Below are positions 58,304 to 64,000 of a stretch of 64,000 nt of DNA, piece after piece (the stretch's first letter is position 1; each line of letters opens with the position of its first letter). The position numbers and the translations under genes were made by a program. The notes below the pieces were generated by a model. It was not told where the DNA came from. It ran no database searches and worked only from the letters and a program-made list of their open reading frames with translations. Origin of the DNA: an uncultured Clostridium sp. (lineage in GTDB: Bacteria; Bacillota_I; Bacilli_A; RF39; UBA660); NCBI GenBank assembly GCA_902493795.1, contig CABUQZ010000001.1, positions 104,963 to 168,962 on the forward strand, given 5' to 3'.

Positions 58304-59083
58304 TTACCCCCTATTATTTTTTCTTTTATCTATTGTTTTCCTAAAACTATGATAGTTATATGTGTTAATTCCAATATCTCTAACCATATCCTCAATGCAT
58401 TCTGGATTTTCTCCCATTTCTTTAATGAATTGTAGAACGCCTTCTTTATCTAGAGACATTTTATCGATCAATTGAAGTGCTGCATCAAATGATGAATATG
58501 ACTGTACTGCAGTAAAAAGTGAACTACAATAATAACCTTCAGAGTCCTTTTTTTCTCCAAACAATTCTTTATCTTTAAGAAAATCACGAGCTTGTTTTAG
58601 TTTTCCAGCCATATTAAGATCTTCAAAAGTTTTTCTTGCATCTTTATCTGTTTCCAACAAATATAAGTATTGATACATTAATCCTAAAAGTTCATTATAT
58701 TCATTTCCATATCCTTGATCACCTGAAACAGTACAACCACATAATTTTGCTACTTCTGGTTTATACTCTTCTCTTGCACTATAAGTTGGAAATAACATTT
58801 CAGATTTTGAACGTAATACATAATAACTAATATTTCTTAAAAGTACATTTCTATCAAATTGTATATTAGCATTTTTTAGTGTATCTTTAGCTTTATCTCC
58901 CATATACTTATCTATTACATCGCTAGCTTTATATATTGATTCCCATGTTGTTTTTTCTTTTCTTCTTTTTGCTAAATCACGATCGAATTGTTTAAATAAA
59001 TCCTTGTTTCTTTCGATTTCTTCTGACATCATAGTAGTATCATACTCTCTATGATATGATCTTGTATATCCTGTAGTATTCAT
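58304..59083 (-). CDS. Unknown-family protein X3
   Basis: 'TTWESIY', 'FPTYSAREEYKPEVAKLCG', 'LLGLMYQYLYL', 'SSFDAALQLIDKMS'. GGGGGAG RBS. Confidence 0.5.
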   Translation of the reverse strand: MNTTGYTRSYHREYDTTMMSEEIERNKDLFKQFDRDLAKRRKEKTTWESIYKASDVIDKYMGDKAKDTLKNANIQFDRNVLLRNISYYVLRSKSEMLFPTYSAREEYKPEVAKLCGCTVSGDQGYGNEYNELLGLMYQYLYLLETDKDARKTFEDLNMAGKLKQARDFLKDKELFGEKKDSEGYYCSSLFTAVQSYSSFDAALQLIDKMSLDKEGVLQFIKEMGENPECIEDMVRDIGINTYNYHSFRKTIDKRKNNRG

Positions 59084-59129
59084 AATATCTCCCCCTTTTT
59101 ATTACATACTAACCTCAATGGTGACACAT

Positions 59130-59158
59130 ATTATACCACAAAAACGTTATAAAATCAA
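59130..59158 (-). promoter_or_regulatory. Sigma-A-type promoter for X3-X2 (TTGATT-17-TATAAT with TG extension)
   Basis: Minus strand: TTGATT (59158-59153), a 17-nt spacer ending in TGG, TATAAT (59135-59130). Confidence 0.45.
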
Positions 59159-59217
59159 GGAAAACAAAAATACGTGTGACTAGACAAAATGATATTTAAT
59201 AATGATTATTATAAAAA

Positions 59218-60117
59218 CTATATATATTTATTTAATTTATCATTATTTCTTAATTTTCTTAAAGCTCTTCTTTTAGCATTTTCTATATCGTTTTCTTTTA
59301 ACCCAAGACATTTTGAAATTTCAGTATAGGTTAATCCTCGAAAACCATCCATATCATATGATAATTGCATCACTTTGCGTTCTAGACTGCTTAATTTATC
59401 AAGTGCGTCGTTATAGTCACACATGAATTGTTTAGATGATATGTTTTTTATAAAATCCCCATCATATAAATCATTTCTTTTCATGTACAAAATAGCAGCA
59501 GGTGATTCTGGTATCTCTTTATCGTCATAGTTAAAACTTAATTCTTTAACTTTATTTCCATATCTATCATATTTAGAGTTCATATTATGAACATAAATGT
59601 AAACATCACGATAGGATAAGTGTTCCCATCTTGCAACATTCTTAATAATATTTCTTTCTATACATTTAGATACATATAATTCAAAAACTGGTTCTTCAGA
59701 GTGAAGTGCATATTTTACACAACTTATAAGAGCTTCTAAGCATAAATAATATAGTCTTTCCTGTGATATTTTCCCATTAAACAAATGATACCATTTTCTA
59801 GTTGACTTAAAAACCATATACATAGAACCCTCAATAATAATTTTTTGTGCAGTTCTACTTAAATGTTTTTTCTTTGGAAAGCTATATTTTTTTCTTAATT
59901 CCTCTTCTTTTTTTAAAAGCTCATTATCTTCGAAAATTGTAGCTAATATTCTTTCTTCAGGCGTCATTATACAAGTATTTTTTCTATACTCATCAATTTC
60001 TTCTTTATAATTAATCCAAGTAGCACCTTCATTACGAAATATTTCGATAATTTCTTCTTCACTTAACGAAAATGAATGCTCTTTCCAATCGCTTTCAATT
60101 GTATCCAAATCAAACAT
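59218..60117 (-). CDS. Sigma-70-family protein with about 100-aa N-terminal extension
   Basis: Region-4 HTH 'LSSLERKVMQLSYDMDGFRGLTYTEISKCLGLKENDIENAKRRALRKLR' and a region-2-like 'LCLEALISCVKYA....FELYVSKCIERNI'. At 299 aa it is longer than ECF sigmas. Confidence 0.6.
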   Translation of the reverse strand: MFDLDTIESDWKEHSFSLSEEEIIEIFRNEGATWINYKEEIDEYRKNTCIMTPEERILATIFEDNELLKKEEELRKKYSFPKKKHLSRTAQKIIIEGSMYMVFKSTRKWYHLFNGKISQERLYYLCLEALISCVKYALHSEEPVFELYVSKCIERNIIKNVARWEHLSYRDVYIYVHNMNSKYDRYGNKVKELSFNYDDKEIPESPAAILYMKRNDLYDGDFIKNISSKQFMCDYNDALDKLSSLERKVMQLSYDMDGFRGLTYTEISKCLGLKENDIENAKRRALRKLRNNDKLNKYI

Positions 60118-60167
60118 ATATCCACCTCATTAATTGTAGATTATAATAACATAAAGTAATTAAAAAG

Positions 60168-60199
60168 AAAAAAAGTATTTCAAAACACTTTAAAATACT
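60168..60199 (-). terminator. AT-rich terminator after rarA
   Basis: Minus strand: AGTATTT...AAATACT stem followed by T7. Confidence 0.45.
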
Positions 60200-60226
60200 C
60201 TGAAATAAATTTATAAATTTTGTAAT

Positions 60227-61546
60227 TTAATTATCAGGATTACTTTTCTTAATTCTTTTAATTCTTTCTAATACTTCTTTAATATCTTTTTCTTTACCTA
60301 TTCCACAAGGTTCGTAGTAGACGTGTCCTCTAAGTTTTTTAGGAAGGCACTCCATATTTGTTATTTTATCTTCAAAGTCATGAGCATACTTGTATCCTTT
60401 ACCATTTCCTAAAGAAGCATCAAGCTTAGTAACTGCATTTCTAAGGTGAAGTGGAACTCCTTCATTCATTGTTGAAACCGCGTCTTCTCTTGCTTTACTA
60501 TAAGCAGTATATAAAGAGTTAGATTTAGGAGATACACTTAAGTACACAACTGCTTGCGCAAGATTAACGTTACACTCAGGTACTCCAATATAATGTGATG
60601 CTTCATAAGAAGATACTGCAATAGAAAGTGCAGAAGGATTAGCGAGTCCAACGTCTTCAGATGCAAATCTAATTAAACGTCTTGCAATATATAATGGGTC
60701 TTCCCCACCTTCTAACATACGAGCAAGATAGTATAACGCTGCATCAGGATCACTATTTCTCATTGACTTATGTAAAGCAGATATAAGGTTATAATGGTTT
60801 TCTCCATTCTTATCATATAATGTCATCTTTTCATCTAATGATTTAGTAATTAACTCTTTAGTAATTGTTCTTTTACTATTTTTCTGTTTAGCAAGACTAA
60901 TAACATTTTCTAAAGTATTTAAAGCTCCTCTTGCATCCCCTGAAGCAATAGAAGAAATATATTCTATACAAGGATCACTAATAACAACATTTTTATAACT
61001 TTCTATTTTATCTAAAGCATTTTTTAATACTTTATTTAAATCTTCAACTGATAAACTTTCTAAAACATACACTTTTGTTCTTGATAAAAGGGCACTATTT
61101 ACTTCAAACGATGGGTTTTCAGTTGTTGCTCCAATAAGAATAATTACCCCTTTTTCAACATAAGGCAAAAAAGCATCTTGTTGCGCTTTATTAAATCTAT
61201 GAATTTCATCTACAAATAAAATTGTTTTTCTATTATTAGAATTATTAAACTTAGCAAGTTCTATTATCTCTTTTATTTCTTTAACTCCACTAGTTACTGC
61301 ACTTAACTCATAAAATGCTGAATTAGTCTCGTTAGCAATAATATGAGCAAGTGTTGTTTTACCAACACCTGGAGGTCCCCAAAATATCATAGAAGTAACT
61401 TTATCTTCTTCAATCATCGTTCTAATTGGAGAATTCTTCCCAACAAGTTTAACTTGTCCATAAAACTCATCTAATGTTTTAGGTCTCATTTTATCAGCAA
61501 GAGGTTGATATGCTAAATTTTCGTTAATATCAAATAAACTATTCAT
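60227..61546 (-). CDS. rarA: Replication-associated recombination protein A (AAA+ MgsA/RarA)
   Basis: 'FWGPPGVGKTTLA' Walker A, 'LFVDEIHRFNK' Walker B, 'GATTENPSFEVN', 'GDAR.ALN', and the C-terminal MgsA domain 'HYNLISALHKSMRNSDPDAALYYLARML'. Confidence 0.9.
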   Translation of the reverse strand: MNSLFDINENLAYQPLADKMRPKTLDEFYGQVKLVGKNSPIRTMIEEDKVTSMIFWGPPGVGKTTLAHIIANETNSAFYELSAVTSGVKEIKEIIELAKFNNSNNRKTILFVDEIHRFNKAQQDAFLPYVEKGVIILIGATTENPSFEVNSALLSRTKVYVLESLSVEDLNKVLKNALDKIESYKNVVISDPCIEYISSIASGDARGALNTLENVISLAKQKNSKRTITKELITKSLDEKMTLYDKNGENHYNLISALHKSMRNSDPDAALYYLARMLEGGEDPLYIARRLIRFASEDVGLANPSALSIAVSSYEASHYIGVPECNVNLAQAVVYLSVSPKSNSLYTAYSKAREDAVSTMNEGVPLHLRNAVTKLDASLGNGKGYKYAHDFEDKITNMECLPKKLRGHVYYEPCGIGKEKDIKEVLERIKRIKKSNPDN

Positions 61547-61559
61547 AATTACCCCCAAA

Positions 61560-62720
61560 CTATCCATCGTGTTTAATAGTATCCCATTTTAAATTAGGAC
61601 TAAATAAAGCCTTCAAAGCACAAATTATATAAGAAAGTAAAAAGAGCGGATTATAAAACAAAGAAAGTATCTTAATCTTTCTAGATAATTTAAAATAGGA
61701 CTTTTCTTTCTTTATCATAATAAATGTAGCAATTACTAAAACTAAATAAACAAAAATAAATGTAAATAATACTTTTAATAATTGTAACTTTATTATATTT
61801 AAAACTAAAAAGATAACAATACCTATAATTAAAATAATATAAGGAACTACCCCAATTCTTTCTAACTTAAGAGATTTATTATGTGATGATTTCTTTATTT
61901 CTTTACGATATTTCCTTCTAACATCAAAATAACCTTTTACCCATCTAGTTCTTTGTTTAATAGATACACTCATACCAAGAGGTTGTTCATCATAAAAAAT
62001 TGCTTTGTCATTATAGTAACTAGGTATATTGTTAATAATTGAATAAATTGATAATTCATAGTCTTCAGTTAATGTGTTAAATGGATATCCTCCTGTTTTC
62101 TTTATAACTTCTTTTGTCATATAAAATCCAGTACCAGATATTATTACATTTAAATTATTCTTAACTCTTCTTTCATTATCTAAAGTGTTAATTATCGAAA
62201 ATGTAAGTGATGAAGAAGCTGCTACTAAAGACTTGTCCCCATTAATGGTATTTCTATATCCTACACCAATATCATATCCATTTTGATAAGTTTCTATCAT
62301 ATTTTTAAAATAATCTTTATCTATGTAATTATCAGCATCAAAAACAAAATACATATCGTATTCTCTATTATTCTTTTTCATAAAGTTAAACGCATCATTA
62401 AGTGCATAACCCTTTCTATTCTTAGTTAAGTCTTCTCTAAAAACAATAGTCATATTATAGTTATCTACAATTTTAACTGTCTTATCAGTTTTATCTTCCA
62501 CCACAACATAAACATCTTTACTATTTATTTTAACTGAACTATTAATAATACTTTTAAGAAGTTTTTCAATTACTTTTGATTCATTTCTTGCAGGTATAAT
62601 AACAGCAATAGAAGGTGTATTATTTCTTTTTTTGAGTTTTCTTTTATCTTTAATTGAAAAAATATAAATATAAGAAAGTATAAATATTAATAAAAATACT
62701 ACGAGTATAATATAATCCAT
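61560..62720 (-). CDS. Membrane-embedded family-2 glycosyltransferase
   Basis: 'AVIIPARNES', 'VFDADN' (DxD), 'QRTRWVKG' (QxxRW-like), and N- and C-terminal TM helices. Confidence 0.8.
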   Translation of the reverse strand: MDYIILVVFLLIFILSYIYIFSIKDKRKLKKRNNTPSIAVIIPARNESKVIEKLLKSIINSSVKINSKDVYVVVEDKTDKTVKIVDNYNMTIVFREDLTKNRKGYALNDAFNFMKKNNREYDMYFVFDADNYIDKDYFKNMIETYQNGYDIGVGYRNTINGDKSLVAASSSLTFSIINTLDNERRVKNNLNVIISGTGFYMTKEVIKKTGGYPFNTLTEDYELSIYSIINNIPSYYNDKAIFYDEQPLGMSVSIKQRTRWVKGYFDVRRKYRKEIKKSSHNKSLKLERIGVVPYIILIIGIVIFLVLNIIKLQLLKVLFTFIFVYLVLVIATFIMIKKEKSYFKLSRKIKILSLFYNPLFLLSYIICALKALFSPNLKWDTIKHDG

Positions 62721-63442
62721 TAATCAAACCTCATATTAGGAAAATGTTTTTGTAAATATGTATCAGTATAATACTTATCATACAACTCTCCAATAACAGT
62801 TCTTGGAGGAATTCCCCTCTTTCTATAGTTTTGTCTAAATAATGCAGTCCAAGAAACAAACATATCTAAACTTAGAAATATTGCTAGGAAAACAGTTATA
62901 TTTTTCATAAAGTTATATGGCATAGATTCGATAAAACTACTTATCTTAGGATATATTTTTTTAACAAGTAATAAACTTAAAGCACCCCATACCATCATAA
63001 AAGGTATCGTTGTTCTTCCACCAATATTTAAAAAGTATCCTTGATAATTCCATGAAGTTGTACCAACAAATATTTCCTGTAAATAACATATTATATACTC
63101 AATTAACCCACCAATTATAGAACCTAATAAAAATATTTTCGTATTGCTATAATTTTTCTCAGCAAGAAAATAGACAAATATTATTGCACCAAACCCATAC
63201 AAAGGATTAAATGGCCCATATAACACTCCTCTTCTTATCTCCCAAAATATTATTCCCTCATCAAGATAATACTCTACAAGATTTAATATCTGCTCGTAAT
63301 AAACACCAAAAACAGAAAAAATAACAAAGATAAGAAAAAGCTTATAACCACACATACCTTTAGCAAATCCTTTTTTCGTATTTTCAAACTTTTTATTTAA
63401 ATATTTTTTTACTTTCTTTATCAACTGAAATTCACCACTCAA
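62720..63442 (-). CDS. Polytopic membrane protein (putative ABC-transporter type IV / CmpB-like, DUF1113)
   Basis: 'YGPFNPLYGFGAI' motif and 6-7 TM helices. Its start codon (62720-62718) overlaps the GT2 stop by 1 nt. Confidence 0.45.
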   Translation of the reverse strand: MSGEFQLIKKVKKYLNKKFENTKKGFAKGMCGYKLFLIFVIFSVFGVYYEQILNLVEYYLDEGIIFWEIRRGVLYGPFNPLYGFGAIIFVYFLAEKNYSNTKIFLLGSIIGGLIEYIICYLQEIFVGTTSWNYQGYFLNIGGRTTIPFMMVWGALSLLLVKKIYPKISSFIESMPYNFMKNITVFLAIFLSLDMFVSWTALFRQNYRKRGIPPRTVIGELYDKYYTDTYLQKHFPNMRFD

Positions 63443-63481
63443 TATATTATATTACAAAAATTAAAAAAGCACCAAAAGTGC

Positions 63482-64000
63482 TTATTTAACAGAAGTAAAA
63501 TTCATCATTTTTGTAACAACAGTTCTAACATCACTTTCAGTAAATGGCTTATTAAGAACATCAACTATTGGATAATCAAAAGCTTTCATAACTGTATCTT
63601 TTGAATCATCTCCTGTAATAACTGTTACAGGTACAGTTGAAAACAAATTATTATTCTTAAAATAATCAAGAACTTGGAATCCATCAACCTTAGGCATATT
63701 TAAATCAAGTAATACTCCTTTTAGACTTGTTGCTTCTTCATTAATTATTTTAATTGCTTCTTCTCCATCATTTGCTACAACAATTTGAAATCCTTCAGGT
63801 ATCATTTTTTGAACAAAATTTCTTATTATTACTGAATCATCTACTACCAAAACTTTCTTTGCATTGTTATTGTTTACAACTACAACTGATGGTGCACTAG
63901 TTCCTGAAACATATTTTTTAAGAACTTCTAAAACTCTATTCACTTCAGTAATCAAAGCATCGTAACTTCCAATTACAAAACGCACATCCCCTGCTTTACT
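63482..64000 (-). CDS. Receiver (CheY-like) domain protein, N-terminus off-window
   Basis: 'KVLVVDDSVIIRNFV', 'LLDLNMPKVDGF', 'PVTVITG', 'KPF'. The frame stays open to nt 64000. Confidence 0.7.
   Translation of the reverse strand, partial: SKAGDVRFVIGSYDALITEVNRVLEVLKKYVSGTSAPSVVVVNNNNAKKVLVVDDSVIIRNFVQKMIPEGFQIVVANDGEEAIKIINEEATSLKGVLLDLNMPKVDGFQVLDYFKNNNLFSTVPVTVITGDDSKDTVMKAFDYPIVDVLNKPFTESDVRTVVTKMMNFTSVK

Overview
This is a visibly AT-rich, low-GC Firmicutes chromosome segment. It uses the standard bacterial code: TGA acts as a stop at 21281-21283 and 45988-45990. The RNA polymerase delta subunit gene (rpoE) together with sporulation genes (spoIIR, a SpoIIQ-like gene, spoIIID, a YunB-like gene) suggests a sporulating Bacilli or Erysipelotrichia-type organism; that assignment is inference.

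Layout:
(1) 1-26.2 kb is a mostly plus-strand housekeeping and sporulation backbone with Bacillus-like synteny: dnaB, M23/LysM peptidase, yycJ-like MBL hydrolase, ung, pduL, PBP1A, argS, rpoE, prfA-prmC-spoIIR-mntP, murA, rpmE, rpiB, SpoIIQ-like, spoIIID, tagO/wecA-like, csp, hpf-secA.
(2) 26.2-32.6 kb holds accessory cassettes downstream of secA, followed by an IS110-family element. The cassettes are an AraC/GyrI regulator plus serine hydrolase, an AbrB-like gene plus an ABC-2 exporter, and an XRE regulator. Recurring junction motifs separate them.
(3) 32.6-33.9 kb carries 12 minus-strand tRNA genes in two transcription units.
(4) 33.9-42.9 kb is a yutI/yutH/yutD/yunB-like block. It includes an 848-aa protein built from about 15 tandem 20-aa repeats, plus ferredoxin, rluB and a D-Ala-D-Ala carboxypeptidase.
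(5) 43.1-47.7 kb is an island of paralogous lipoproteins and membrane-anchored proteins with a membrane-bound XRE regulator. It contains a 43-nt repeated element and a homopolymer frameshift.
(6) 47.8-53.7 kb and 57.5-60.1 kb are a dense minus-strand set of orphan genes wrapped around the T-box-controlled pheS-pheT operon. It contains a three-member unknown protein family, two BtaA/DUF3419-like SAM-enzyme paralogs, an atypical sigma-70-family protein, a glycine-rich membrane protein and micro-ORFs.
(7) 60.2-64.0 kb carries rarA, a GT2 glycosyltransferase, a membrane protein and a partial receiver-domain protein.

The best candidate for an undescribed system is block (6). I cannot assign it a function from sequence alone. 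No CRISPR array, rRNA gene or recognisable phage module was seen.
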